From contig CAYJWU010000001.1 of NCBI GenBank assembly GCA_964374025.1, forward strand, positions 1 to 63,450: DNA of 63,450 bases. The letters are read 5' to 3'. This DNA is from an uncultured Candidatus Saccharibacteria bacterium (GTDB lineage: Bacteria > Patescibacteriota > Minisyncoccia > Spechtbacterales > HO2-43-30). A program made the translations under genes and the position numbers. This document shows, piece after piece, positions 16,568-26,875 of this stretch. The notes below the pieces were generated by a model, which had not been told where the DNA came from, searched no databases, and saw nothing but the letters and a program-made list of their open reading frames with translations. Positions within the stretch are counted from its first letter, which is position 1. The number at the start of each line of letters is the position of its first letter.

Positions 16568-17124
16568 TTTTTGACTACAAATATAAATTCGATCTCTTCA
16601 AATCCCCCCACCCAGAAACACCAGACGCGGCCGCAAAGAATCGGCGAGAGGTTTGCAAAAAAGCTTAAGACTGCCCCCCCAATAGAGGCGGCGAGATAAA
16701 TAGACGGCGACAATGTCTGTTTTTTTAAGTATTTTTGAGCGAACCAAGAAAATTTTATTTTTTCAATTTCAAGTTCAACCCTCATGTATCCGCCCTTAAA
16801 ATCTTTTCTAAAATAGTAGGGAAACGTTACGTCAAACCCCCGCATGTGCTCCGGATGCGTAATCCCCCGCGAGAAATGGGGCGAACGTATTACAATTTTG
16901 CCTCCGTTCGCAGTAATCCGATGCAATTCCCGCATAACGCCAAAAGGGCTACTAAGATGTTCAAGGACATGATCCGCTTCTATATAATCAAAAGTGTTAT
17001 CCGAAAAAGGGTATGGGAACACATTTAAATCATGCAGAACATCCGGGCGCACCGATTCCAGCCAGTCCAAATTAACAAAACCTTCTTTTTTAAATTCTCC
17101 ACAACCCAAATTAAGTTTTTTCAT
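16564..17124 (-). CDS. class I SAM-dependent methyltransferase (Methyltransf_11-like) with a hydrophobic C-terminal tail
   Basis: LNLGCGEF motif and DHVLEHL. Start chosen at the ATG at 17124, which overlaps the asnB-like stop (ATGA). Confidence 0.7.
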   Translation of the reverse strand: MKKLNLGCGEFKKEGFVNLDWLESVRPDVLHDLNVFPYPFSDNTFDYIEADHVLEHLSSPFGVMRELHRITANGGKIVIRSPHFSRGITHPEHMRGFDVTFPYYFRKDFKGGYMRVELEIEKIKFSWFAQKYLKKQTLSPSIYLAASIGGAVLSFFANLSPILCGRVWCFWVGGFEEIEFIFVVKK

Positions 17125-19001
17125 ACTCCATTTTTTCCGAGCCACGTTTGCAGCACTAAAAGCGTCCATAGTTTCTTGCGATTGTCTTTTTTGCCTGAAA
17201 AATGCTCGTTTTTTAATCGGTCTATATAATCGAAGTTAAACAGTCCGGCTCTTTTAATAGCATCCTCCGACAGAATCTCGCTGCAAAAATTCCTAAGTTC
17301 TCCTTTGAGCCATCGGGCCACCGGCATCCCAAAGCCCTTCTTGCGCCTAAAAACTATATCTCGGGGCAGTTTGTCCTCCATCAGCTTTTTAAGAATGTAT
17401 TTGGTAGTAAATCGCTTATATTTCATATTATAGGGAAGGGAGCTTGCAAAATCAACCAAATGATAATCAAGGAATGGCGAACGGACCTCCAGGGCATTGA
17501 GCATGCTCGCGCGATCAGTTTTTACGAGTACCCCGTCCATCAAGTATGTCCGTAAATATACATATAAAAGTCTATCCTCAAACTTTTTGGCATTACACTC
17601 TTTGAAATAATAGTCGGTCTCCTCAAATTCATTTTTGCTTTTTAGATCCTCCCATAAATCTTGCCGGAATAACCTCGCCCTTGCCTCTGAATTAAAACTC
17701 CCAAGCCATGTTTGATGCACGTATTCTTTTCTTGGACTATACGTGCCTTCTATAAACTTTTTCACCTTAAAATCTAAACTAAAATTTCCACATGACACCG
17801 GCAAGGCCAGCAACAATTTTTCAATGAAATACTTTCTTAAAAACGCGGGGGTTCTCACGTAAAAATTGTAAAACGCGTGAGCTTGGAAAGTAGGGTAACC
17901 GGCAAATAATTCGTCTCCCCCATCCCCGCTCAAAGCGACTGTCGCATGCTTACGGGTGAATTTAGAGAGTAAAAATGTAGGGATAAGAGAAGCATCGGCC
18001 AACGGCTCGTCCATTGAATTAAAAATTAGCGGCAGAAGCGCTAAAGCGTCTTTTTCTTCTAATACGGCGCTCGCGTGATCGGTGCCCAAAAAATCGGCTG
18101 CTTTTTTAGCGTAAAGCGATTCGTCGAAACTATCCTCCTTAAAGCCGATTGAAAAAGTCTTTATTTTTTCCATGCTATTTTTTTGAGCGTAATAAGCTAT
18201 CGTAGAACTATCCAATCCCCCGCTTAAAAAAATCCCCAAGGGCACGTCGGCTATTAACCTCGCTTTAACGCTTCTTTCAAGCTCTCGGTCAAGAATAGTA
18301 AGCGCGTCGTCAAACTTAATGGTATTATTGCCGCAACCTGAAACTTGCCAAAAGCGCTTTTTCTGGACACGCCCTTCCGCGTAAGTCAAAATTGTAGCCG
18401 GCTCCAATTTATAAACGCCCTCGCATATGCTCCATGGGGTAGGCACATACTCATACAATAGGTATTTATTAACTGCTTGAAGGTTCAGTTTCTTTTGAAA
18501 GGAACTGTGGCGCATCAATGCCTTGAGCTCCGAACCAAAAATTAGGGTGGGACCAAATTTCGCCCAATACAGCGGCTTTTTGCCCAACCTATCGCGCGCG
18601 AGTATCAATTTATTATGGCGAAAATCGTAAATCGCGATCGCGAACATTCCGTTTAATTTGCTAAAACAATCCTCTCCGTATTCTTCGTATAAATAAATTA
18701 TCACTTCGGTATCGCTCTTACTCAAAAAACCGTACTTGCCTAATTTCAAAAGATCTTCGCGCAATTCCTTGAAGTTATATATCTCGCCATTAAAAACAAT
18801 GCCGATGGATTTTGCGGCATTAAACATCGGCTGGTCTCCCAAAGGACTCAAGTCAATAATGCTTAAACGCGCGTGCGCGAGACCAATGTTGCCCAAAGTA
18901 AAAACGCCCTGACTATCAGGGCCTCTATGCTTTATGGCGGCAATCATCTTATCTAAATCGTCCCGATTGCCGTTTCCTGCATAACCGGCTAACCCGCACA
19001 T
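17121..19001 (-). CDS. asparagine synthase (glutamine-hydrolysing)-family amidotransferase, copy 1
   Basis: MCG N-terminal nucleophile, NGEIYNF, SGGLDSS PP-loop. Confidence 0.9.
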   Translation of the reverse strand: MCGLAGYAGNGNRDDLDKMIAAIKHRGPDSQGVFTLGNIGLAHARLSIIDLSPLGDQPMFNAAKSIGIVFNGEIYNFKELREDLLKLGKYGFLSKSDTEVIIYLYEEYGEDCFSKLNGMFAIAIYDFRHNKLILARDRLGKKPLYWAKFGPTLIFGSELKALMRHSSFQKKLNLQAVNKYLLYEYVPTPWSICEGVYKLEPATILTYAEGRVQKKRFWQVSGCGNNTIKFDDALTILDRELERSVKARLIADVPLGIFLSGGLDSSTIAYYAQKNSMEKIKTFSIGFKEDSFDESLYAKKAADFLGTDHASAVLEEKDALALLPLIFNSMDEPLADASLIPTFLLSKFTRKHATVALSGDGGDELFAGYPTFQAHAFYNFYVRTPAFLRKYFIEKLLLALPVSCGNFSLDFKVKKFIEGTYSPRKEYVHQTWLGSFNSEARARLFRQDLWEDLKSKNEFEETDYYFKECNAKKFEDRLLYVYLRTYLMDGVLVKTDRASMLNALEVRSPFLDYHLVDFASSLPYNMKYKRFTTKYILKKLMEDKLPRDIVFRRKKGFGMPVARWLKGELRNFCSEILSEDAIKRAGLFNFDYIDRLKNEHFSGKKDNRKKLWTLLVLQTWLGKNGV

Positions 19002-19003
19002 TA

Positions 19004-19954
19004 TTAAAAATTAATTTTTTCTTTTATCCCGTACGGCCTCTTATTCTGCGACTCATAATAAGTTCGCGTCAGCATCTCGCCAATTATGCCCATAACTATG
19101 AGCTGTACTCCCACCATAATAAAAAGCGCGGCTAAAATGGGGAGCGGAGTTTCCACAAGACTTCTTATGCCTAGAATCTTAAGAACTAACGCGGCAAATC
19201 CAGTAATAAGGCCGAAGAAAAACGCGATGAAACCAATCCCGCCGAAAAAATGCATCGGCTTATTTAAATATTTATCCAAAAACTTTATGACAACAAGATC
19301 CAGCAAAACCGAAAAAGTGCGGCCAATTCCATACTTGCTTTTCCCTTTTGTTCTCTGCCTGTAGTTCACTGTAATTTCCCCGACTCTTGCGCCTCGCCAA
19401 AGGGCATAGGCGGGAATGAACCTATGCATTTCGCCGTAAAGGCGGACACCCGCGATAACTTCCTTCTTGTACGCCTTGAGCGTACAGCCATAATCGTGCA
19501 GATTTAACCCAGTAATTTTGGATATTAGAAAATTCGCGAGGATCGATGGGAGTTTCCGCGAAAGCCGTTTTTCCCGCCATCTATCCTTTCTCCATCCAGA
19601 AACAACGTCATATCCCTCCTGCATTTTATCCAATAATCTCACTATGTCCCGGGGATCATTTTCACGGTCGCTATCAATCGGGATAATAATATCCCCGGAA
19701 GCGTACTCAAAGCCCGCCGATAACGCGGCTGTCTGGCCGCAATTAGCAATAAAGTCAATCACCTTAACGCGCTTGTTGATCTTTACGGCTTCCTTCAAGA
19801 CCGACAAACTTTCGTCGCGGGATGCGTCATTTACGGCTAAAATTTCGTAATCGAATCCAGGGCCAAGGCCCTCAAGGACTGTAAAAAGCTCCCCAAACAA
19901 TGGATGTAAATTTTCTTTCTCGTTGTATACCGGCATCACTATTGATATCTTCAT
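19004..19954 (-). CDS. GT2 polyprenyl-phosphate glycosyltransferase (GtrB/ArnC/DPM1-like) with two C-terminal TM helices
   Basis: ISIVMPVYNEKENL, AVNDASRD, DSDREND. Confidence 0.85.
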   Translation of the reverse strand: MKISIVMPVYNEKENLHPLFGELFTVLEGLGPGFDYEILAVNDASRDESLSVLKEAVKINKRVKVIDFIANCGQTAALSAGFEYASGDIIIPIDSDRENDPRDIVRLLDKMQEGYDVVSGWRKDRWREKRLSRKLPSILANFLISKITGLNLHDYGCTLKAYKKEVIAGVRLYGEMHRFIPAYALWRGARVGEITVNYRQRTKGKSKYGIGRTFSVLLDLVVIKFLDKYLNKPMHFFGGIGFIAFFFGLITGFAALVLKILGIRSLVETPLPILAALFIMVGVQLIVMGIIGEMLTRTYYESQNKRPYGIKEKINF

Positions 19955-20847
19955 CTCGCGATTTCTCTTATTATTTTATAGGTAAGAGGAACGAACAAAA
20001 GCGGCAGCAGCACTGCTCCCACAAAAGAATACGTTACCCCTACCGCGAGGATTACCGTCCCCGGCGCAAGCGCGGAAAATAAAATGAGCATTGCTGTCTC
20101 GCGAGTTCCCACTCCCCAAACTGTAATAGGCAGTAAACTCACGAGCGTTACAAGCGGCTGAAGAGCAATTATCGGCAAAAGGGGCATATTCACATCAAAG
20201 GCAAGGAATGTAAGTTTTATATACAGCATTACCAAAAACCACGCAACAAACGTGGGCATAATTATGAGAAACATCATCCGTGGATGCCTAATCAAAGTAT
20301 TAAAGGCGTAAAGAAAATTCTCAAATTTACCACGAAATGCCGGAGGAACACTCTTTTTAAAAATAAGGGCCAAGTAATAGAAAAGGATTAGTACAGTAAT
20401 TATTGCTAACCCCGAAAAGTAGACCATCTCTTTTTCTATGACGAGCCCCCCGAGGATTGCTAGGGTCGCTAAAGCCGCAACATCTAGTACCATCCCTAGA
20501 AAAATTCCTCCTGCGTGTTTTGCTACGGGCACCTTATCTTTTAAATAGTACGCCCGCATAAAATCGCCGCCATACAACGGGACAATTTTCGTAACAGGGA
20601 TATTGGCTAAGTAAAGCCTGATTATAGTCTTAAGGCCTATATCTCTGCCCAACATTCTTAAAATTATTTTCCACCTCAAGGCGCTGACTACATGCGCTAA
20701 AAGCAATATAAGGGGAGATAAGGCGAGAAGGGGCTTATTAGATTCATTAAACACTTCACGAATCTCGCCAATATCAATCCGGGAAAACAAAACAAAGAGT
20801 ATCAATATGGCGGCTAGAACGGGTAACAAAAATTTTATCTTTTTCAT
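19951..20847 (-). CDS. flippase-like (UPF0104 / lysyl-PG synthase TM-region family) membrane protein
   Basis: 298 aa, ~8 TM segments, translationally coupled to the GT2 gene. Confidence 0.5.
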   Translation of the reverse strand: MKKIKFLLPVLAAILILFVLFSRIDIGEIREVFNESNKPLLALSPLILLLAHVVSALRWKIILRMLGRDIGLKTIIRLYLANIPVTKIVPLYGGDFMRAYYLKDKVPVAKHAGGIFLGMVLDVAALATLAILGGLVIEKEMVYFSGLAIITVLILFYYLALIFKKSVPPAFRGKFENFLYAFNTLIRHPRMMFLIIMPTFVAWFLVMLYIKLTFLAFDVNMPLLPIIALQPLVTLVSLLPITVWGVGTRETAMLILFSALAPGTVILAVGVTYSFVGAVLLPLLFVPLTYKIIREIAR

Positions 20848-20853
20848 TGGTTA

Positions 20854-21648
20854 TTACGTTCGAAATTTTGCTCTTACTACGATATTCCAACTTAAAAACT
20901 TGAATGCCCCTGGAAGACACGCATCTAAGATTTTATCAATTAAGATCGCGAGTTTACTAAGCGCCACGCTAATAACTTGCGGATTTACAATGACCTGCGC
21001 GAATGGGGGGGTAAAAAAGCCCTGAAACTCAAGCTCTATATTTTGAAAATTATGTTTTGCGAGAATCTCATATAATTCTTTTTTGGAAAAAAACTTTTGA
21101 TCTTTCGAGTACGCGGGGTTCACTCGCGCCCACAGCCACCGCAAAGCTTGGATAAGTGGGTTAGCCCTATTTGGCTCAACCGCTATGAAATACGCGCCGG
21201 GCTTTGCGATATATATCAATGCCTTAATTACTCTGTCTAATTCTGTCATATGGTGGAGAGCGCCTACGGCTAAAATAAGATCCGCGCCATGAGGGCCAAT
21301 GGGACACGCCGTTGTATCCTTAATATTCGCCCTGATAAATTCTGCCCTTTTATTCGCGCCGTACATGTCTCTCGCTTTCGCGATAAGCCGCGCGGAGTAA
21401 TCTACCCCTATGTACCTTGCGTAATAACCTTCAAGATATTTACTTGAAGCGCCAAGACCGCAAGCGATTTCTATTATAGTGTTAAGCCGCGAGGATTTTT
21501 TTAATACGGGCTCCACCGCAAACATTAGCTGATATTGCCGCGGCAAAGAAGAGGACCTGACGATATCTTTTTGCGCGTACTTTTGAGCGATCCTGTCAAA
21601 AAGAGCTTGGTCTTGCTCTTCGATTATGCGTTCGTGGATATGGGCCAT
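20854..21648 (-). CDS. class I SAM-dependent methyltransferase
   Basis: IIEIACGLGASS motif I; LILAVGALHHM. Confidence 0.75.
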   Translation of the reverse strand: MAHIHERIIEEQDQALFDRIAQKYAQKDIVRSSSLPRQYQLMFAVEPVLKKSSRLNTIIEIACGLGASSKYLEGYYARYIGVDYSARLIAKARDMYGANKRAEFIRANIKDTTACPIGPHGADLILAVGALHHMTELDRVIKALIYIAKPGAYFIAVEPNRANPLIQALRWLWARVNPAYSKDQKFFSKKELYEILAKHNFQNIELEFQGFFTPPFAQVIVNPQVISVALSKLAILIDKILDACLPGAFKFLSWNIVVRAKFRT

Positions 21649-21655
21649 GCTAATT

Positions 21656-22489
21656 CTAGAGCGTCACTTTTTTATTTATAAGATCTGCCAAAAACCCAAG
21701 CATAAATATAAGAATGGCGGTGTTTAGCGTAACAACCGATGCGTCTCCCACGTCATGCAGAACAAAAATGTCCATTCCAAGAAGCACGACTCCAATCAGA
21801 AATAGAAAAAGGCCTATCGGCAAAAAAACCTTGAGGGGATTAAAGTACATCACCACGCGTACAATTAGCTGCAAAAAATTTAATGTGTCCCGAATTGGCC
21901 GTATTTTTGACTTCCCAACGCGCGCGTTATAAGAAACTGGCACAAACTTTACCCTAAGATCAGTGCTTAAAAAAGCTAGGGTCAGCGTAGTGCTTAAAGA
22001 AAAACCCTGCGGCAGGATATGAAAAAATCTAAGAGCCGCGCCTTTCTTAAATACTCGGAGCCCGGAGTTTAAATCGGGAATTTTATAGTCCACAAGATAG
22101 TTCGCAAGTTTATTCAAAAGCCATTTCGCCGGCTTTCTCAATAAAGGGACTCTTTGAAATGGCCGGCTTCCTATGACCATATCGTACTCCTTTATATAAT
22201 TTACCAATTTGGGTATATCTCCTACGGAGTGTTCCGTATCCGCGTCGCAAGTTACGATGATGTCGTTTGCCGCCTCTCTTATGCCTGTTTTTATTGCCGC
22301 GCCATATCCTTTATTTGATTCATGGCTTATAATTTTTACAGGGAAATCATGCGCGATTTTGTAGGTTGAATCGGTTGAACCGTCGTCAACAACAATCACC
22401 TCTGCAGGCATCTGAAGCGCGAGTATGCCGCTCAAGATCTTCCCGATTGATTTTTCTTCGTTGTATACTGGAATAACAATAGAAATCAT
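21656..22489 (-). CDS. GT2 glycosyltransferase (DPM1-like) with C-terminal TM helices
   Basis: ISIVIPVYNEEKSI, VVDDGSTDST, DADTEH. ATG at 22489 is preferred over the TTG at 22519. Confidence 0.85.
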   Translation of the reverse strand: MISIVIPVYNEEKSIGKILSGILALQMPAEVIVVDDGSTDSTYKIAHDFPVKIISHESNKGYGAAIKTGIREAANDIIVTCDADTEHSVGDIPKLVNYIKEYDMVIGSRPFQRVPLLRKPAKWLLNKLANYLVDYKIPDLNSGLRVFKKGAALRFFHILPQGFSLSTTLTLAFLSTDLRVKFVPVSYNARVGKSKIRPIRDTLNFLQLIVRVVMYFNPLKVFLPIGLFLFLIGVVLLGMDIFVLHDVGDASVVTLNTAILIFMLGFLADLINKKVTL

Positions 22490-22521
22490 GATATATTTTA
22501 CTATAATATAGTATAACAAAT

Positions 22522-23691
22522 ATGCTAAAAAGCAAGCTGCTCAATAGCAATACTTTCTTTTGTTTAGTCATTTTTGCGATAAGTTCAATAATTGGCGTTA
22601 CGTTTAACATTCTTACGCCCGATTTCCCCCTTAACCGAGATACTATTAATCATTACCATCCGATAGCCGAGAGTATTAGAGATGGAACCGGATTTGGCGA
22701 GCGCGGCGAGCCAACGGCCCGCGTCGCGCCGGGATATCCATTTTTTCTATCGCTAATCTATAGAGCGGGAGGAGGATTTGAAGCGGCTCGTATCGTTCAA
22801 ATTTTTATACTTGCCGGAATAAGTTTATTTGGGTACTTAATAGCTAAGAGATTCGTCGCTCGAAACTTCGCTTTCCTTGCGGCGCTGAATATCGCCGCGT
22901 GGCCGTATTTATTGCTGTACAGCAAACTCATCCTAACCGAAGTATTATCCATATTCTTTCTTATAGCCGCGGTTTACGCGCTGATCAATTTTTACGAAAA
23001 GCCAAGCACAAAAACAGCAATTCTCTCCGGCGCAATGCTCGGCATAACCGCCCTCACTCGACCTCTCGTCCTATTATTGCCGTTCTGGCTAGTTGGTTTA
23101 GCGTTACTTTTTGCGATACTATTTCGCAGAATGCGTCGCGTAACGTACGAATGGAAAAAATACTTTATTCTTCTTGCTGTTTTTATACTGACACTCTCCC
23201 CCTGGACCATTAGAAATTTTCTAGAGTTTAATGCTTTTATTCCGATAGCAGGCGGCTTAGAGGACAGCGTAAAACGCGCTTATGAAAGATTGGATTACAC
23301 AAAAGGATCAAAGGTGTTAAAGCCCGGAGAAGCAACGATCTTAGACAACGCGCGAGCGCGGCTAAAAAACATCTATTTATTTTGGAATCCCGGCGCGGGA
23401 GGAACGAACGCCGAACTTCTCCTTAAACAAAACCGGCTTTTCGGCGCGGCTTTTCTTATCTATAAAATAATTTTTATTTTAACCGTAGCCCTCGCGGCCC
23501 TTGGGCTATACCTTGAAAGAAAAAAAACCGCGATACTTCTTGGAGTTGTGATCCTCTACTTTTGGGCAGTGCATGTGATACTCTATCCATACCCCCGCTA
23601 TACGCTGCCAATTATGCCGCTAGTTATAATCCTCGCCTGGCTAGCGATAAGCTTGCTATGGAACCGTATAAGATATACATTAAAGCGATGA
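22522..23691 (+). CDS. GT-C fold glycosyltransferase (ArnT / PMT_2 / GT39-83-like)
   Basis: 389 aa, polytopic. An early loop (RDGTGFGERGEPTARVAPGYPFFL) is typical of ArnT-like enzymes. Confidence 0.6.
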   Translation: MLKSKLLNSNTFFCLVIFAISSIIGVTFNILTPDFPLNRDTINHYHPIAESIRDGTGFGERGEPTARVAPGYPFFLSLIYRAGGGFEAARIVQIFILAGISLFGYLIAKRFVARNFAFLAALNIAAWPYLLLYSKLILTEVLSIFFLIAAVYALINFYEKPSTKTAILSGAMLGITALTRPLVLLLPFWLVGLALLFAILFRRMRRVTYEWKKYFILLAVFILTLSPWTIRNFLEFNAFIPIAGGLEDSVKRAYERLDYTKGSKVLKPGEATILDNARARLKNIYLFWNPGAGGTNAELLLKQNRLFGAAFLIYKIIFILTVALAALGLYLERKKTAILLGVVILYFWAVHVILYPYPRYTLPIMPLVIILAWLAISLLWNRIRYTLKR

Positions 23692-25049
23692 TGCAAATGT
23701 GGGCGCTAAAAAAAATAATTCTCTTTACGGGAGATGCCCTGCTCCTTCTTTTGTCTTTGCCGTTGATGCTTATAGTTCGATTTGGCGGAGACCCCAGTGA
23801 GGAGGTAATACTTCAACACCTCTACCCATTTCTCTTTATATATCTTTTTATTCTGCTGACATTTTATGTAATCGGCCTCTACGATATAAGATCAGTTAAA
23901 TCCACCACCTCTTTCTTCGCGAGCATCATAATTGTCCATATTGCGGGAGGGGTCTTTGGCACAATCCTTTTTTATTTACTTAACCCCGCAGTCACCCCGA
24001 AAACAAACCTTGTCATAAATTTGTTCGTCGCGGCAATATTTGTCAGTCTTTGGCGGGCCCTATTTCAAAGATTTATTACAAGTCATTTGCGAATCAATGT
24101 AGCTATCGCGGGAATAAATGAACACGCGAGGGAACTTGCGACCATCATGAATATGCGCCCCTATATGGGCTATAATCTTGCGGCTCTCATAAGCACCGAG
24201 CCGATACTCGGAGACGGTATATTCGGCGAAACCAAAATATACTTTACGGACAAAGATCTCGTAGAAAATTTGCGGACAGCAAAAATAGACACGGTGATTA
24301 CAGCAGAAAATCCTCATTTAAACCCGGCGATCGCCCGCGCCTTTTATGAATGCATACCCCATAAAATAAGATTTCTTGACCTTGCCCAAAGCTACGAATT
24401 GCTTACCGGGCGCATTCCCATATCATACATAAATCAGACGTGGTTTCTTGAAAACATAAATGAGCAGCAAAAAAAACTATACGACAGCGCAAAAAGGATC
24501 CTAGATATCATCTCCGCGTCGGTAGTGCTCGCGGCACTTTTGCCCGCGTGGCCATTAATCGCATTTTTGATTAAATGGGAAAGCGCGGGCCCCGTGTTTT
24601 ATTTTCAAGAACGTGTCGGGGGAAACAAAAAGCTATTCCGGCTTATTAAATTTCGCTCAATGATAAAAGAGGCGGAACGCGGCAATCCGGTATGGGCCCA
24701 AAAAGTAGACCCGAGAGTAACAAAAATTGGCGCGTTTCTTAGAAGGACCCACCTGGATGAGCTTCCCCAAATGATAAATATAATAAAAGGAGATATAGGC
24801 CTTGTGGGCCCAAGGCCCGAGCGCATAGAGTTTGTGCGAGAACTTGAAAAACAAATCCCCCACTATAACATCCGCCACATTATAAAACCCGGATTTACCG
24901 GCTGGGCACAGATTAACTTTAGATATGCCCGCACGCCAATGGATACCTACGAGAAATTTCAGTACGATTTATATTACCTAAAAAACAGATCTCTAATCCT
25001 TGATATATCAATACTGCTTAAAACCCTGAACTTATTCTTCAGAAAGTAG
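23688..25049 (+). CDS. polyprenyl-phosphate glycosyl-1-phosphate transferase (WbaP-type bacterial sugar transferase)
   Basis: N-terminal TM block plus C-terminal catalytic domain (KRILDI, FRSM, DELPQMINIIKGDIGLVGPRPE, KPGFTGWAQI). ATG at 23688 overlaps the previous stop. Confidence 0.9.
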   Translation: MMQMWALKKIILFTGDALLLLLSLPLMLIVRFGGDPSEEVILQHLYPFLFIYLFILLTFYVIGLYDIRSVKSTTSFFASIIIVHIAGGVFGTILFYLLNPAVTPKTNLVINLFVAAIFVSLWRALFQRFITSHLRINVAIAGINEHARELATIMNMRPYMGYNLAALISTEPILGDGIFGETKIYFTDKDLVENLRTAKIDTVITAENPHLNPAIARAFYECIPHKIRFLDLAQSYELLTGRIPISYINQTWFLENINEQQKKLYDSAKRILDIISASVVLAALLPAWPLIAFLIKWESAGPVFYFQERVGGNKKLFRLIKFRSMIKEAERGNPVWAQKVDPRVTKIGAFLRRTHLDELPQMINIIKGDIGLVGPRPERIEFVRELEKQIPHYNIRHIIKPGFTGWAQINFRYARTPMDTYEKFQYDLYYLKNRSLILDISILLKTLNLFFRK

Positions 25050-26847
25050 CACGAATGTTGGGAGAAATCCATTGTTCGTCTGCTATATGGTATAATTTAT
25101 AGAATCTCGAACTCTTATCTTCCAATAAACTTCTTGGGGAGCCATCCTCTACTATTTTTCCATTTTCCAAAAATACAACCCTATCGCAATTGAGCAGTGT
25201 GGACAATCTATGGGCAATAATAAATATTGTAACCTTTCCCCTTAATTCATTTATTGCCTTTTTTATCATGAGTTCCGACTTATTATCCAGCGCGCTTGTT
25301 GCCTCATCCAGTATTAGGATTTTAGAATTTCTCGCAAGGTACCTTGCCAATACTATCCTCTGTTTTTCTCCTCCGGACAATAAAACCCCTCTTTCACCAA
25401 CTTGCGTTTTGAATTTATTTGGCTGCGCCTCTATGAAATCGTATATGTAAGCCCTTTGCGCCGCCGACTGCGTGTCGCGATCCGAAATATTATCATCATA
25501 AAATCGTATATTATTCTCTACGCTGTCATTTATTACAAATATATCCTGCGAGACGTATCCAATATTTTTTCGCCACTCTTTTATATCTATTTCTGATATA
25601 TCAACGCCATCAGCTAAAATCTTTCCGCCCTGCGGCTCAAGAAGCCGTAACAATAAATCTACCAAGGTTGTTTTTCCGGCGCCAGATTCTCCAATTATGC
25701 CAACCATCTCACCCATTTTTACTTTGAGGAAAAAATCGCATAAGGTTTTTTGCTTACCTTCTCCGTATCCGAAAGTAATATTGTTAAATTCCAGGTAATT
25801 ATTGAAGCTGAAGGGCTTCGTACCTTTATGCATTTCTCTATTTACAGTAATAGTATCCCTAAAACTCATTATCCTTTGGAGATACGGCAGGCTCTCGTTT
25901 ATTCTATACAGCGTTGCCTGCGCATTCTGAATATGCCGAAAAGTCTTATGGACAAGGTATATCGTAGCGGCAAAAGTGCCGATCTCAAAATTATTAGTAA
26001 CATATGAGAAAGCAAATATCACACTTATAAAAATAATACTGACTGGCTCTATTAGCACCGAGGAGGCCGCCCTAAGTAAAAGAACTCTTATCCGCACGAG
26101 CTTTAGCAGATCAAAGAATTCGTTTGCCTTGCTATGAATGGAATCTTCGACCAGACTCGCGCGGATGGTTTTTAGCCCGATAATGCTTTCGCTAACGTGA
26201 TGCGACATATCGCTATACGCGCTAGCGGCTATGCGGGACAGCTCTCTAATCTTATAAAACACCGGCCTGATGAAAAAAAATATAACAACCCCCATAGCTA
26301 AAGAAAGCGAAGTTACAACGGGAGATATATTAAAAGCAACAAGCACGTAAACGAGTAGACTCGCTGTAGTTACTATAACTTCTCCGAAGCACAAAAAAAT
26401 TCCCCTGGCTTCCTCGGCATCCCTTATCAGAATAGTTTCCAGGTACCCGATTTTTTGCCCTATGAGAAAAGTCCATTTGGACTTTAGGGTTTCCAAGAAC
26501 AAAACGCTTCTTATATTTCGCTCGTAATCCGCGGAGATCCTAACCGAGATATATTGTGAGATAATAAATACAATCCCCTTAAGAATAAATAATATAACTA
26601 CAAGAGGTAGCAGAGTCCTCAGGGAGAATTCCAAACCAAACCATCCCAAAAATTGTCCGATCGCTTTGGATATCAAGTCTCCCGCCTCTCCGGCTTGGGT
26701 TAGACTATGAAACAGAGGAATTAGAGCGGTCGCGCCAATACCCTCTAAGGATGCGCCAAAAAATCCAAGAAGCGCCAAAAAAATAATTTGCGGCCAGTAT
26801 CTTCCGTAGGCTCTTTTAAATAATTTTAAAGTAAGTAAATAGTACAC
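25039..26847 (-). CDS. fused TMD-NBD ABC exporter (MsbA/PglK-like)
   Basis: Walker A GESGAGKTT, signature LSGGEKQR, Walker B ILILDEATS. GTG start. Confidence 0.9.
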   Translation of the reverse strand: MYYLLTLKLFKRAYGRYWPQIIFLALLGFFGASLEGIGATALIPLFHSLTQAGEAGDLISKAIGQFLGWFGLEFSLRTLLPLVVILFILKGIVFIISQYISVRISADYERNIRSVLFLETLKSKWTFLIGQKIGYLETILIRDAEEARGIFLCFGEVIVTTASLLVYVLVAFNISPVVTSLSLAMGVVIFFFIRPVFYKIRELSRIAASAYSDMSHHVSESIIGLKTIRASLVEDSIHSKANEFFDLLKLVRIRVLLLRAASSVLIEPVSIIFISVIFAFSYVTNNFEIGTFAATIYLVHKTFRHIQNAQATLYRINESLPYLQRIMSFRDTITVNREMHKGTKPFSFNNYLEFNNITFGYGEGKQKTLCDFFLKVKMGEMVGIIGESGAGKTTLVDLLLRLLEPQGGKILADGVDISEIDIKEWRKNIGYVSQDIFVINDSVENNIRFYDDNISDRDTQSAAQRAYIYDFIEAQPNKFKTQVGERGVLLSGGEKQRIVLARYLARNSKILILDEATSALDNKSELMIKKAINELRGKVTIFIIAHRLSTLLNCDRVVFLENGKIVEDGSPRSLLEDKSSRFYKLYHIADEQWISPNIRATF

Positions 26848-26875
26848 GAAAAAAGGTTTAGTTGAAAGTTGCGCA

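Noticed and set aside
17121-19001. asnB copies as housekeeping asparagine synthetases
   Set aside because: There are two paralogues, both embedded among glycosyltransferases and methyltransferases. Context favours glycan amidation, although the sequence alone cannot exclude asparagine synthesis.
25039-25049. 11-nt convergent overlap of the sugar transferase and ABC exporter genes as a regulatory feature
   Set aside because: Short 3'-3' overlaps are common in compact genomes. No associated structure was seen.
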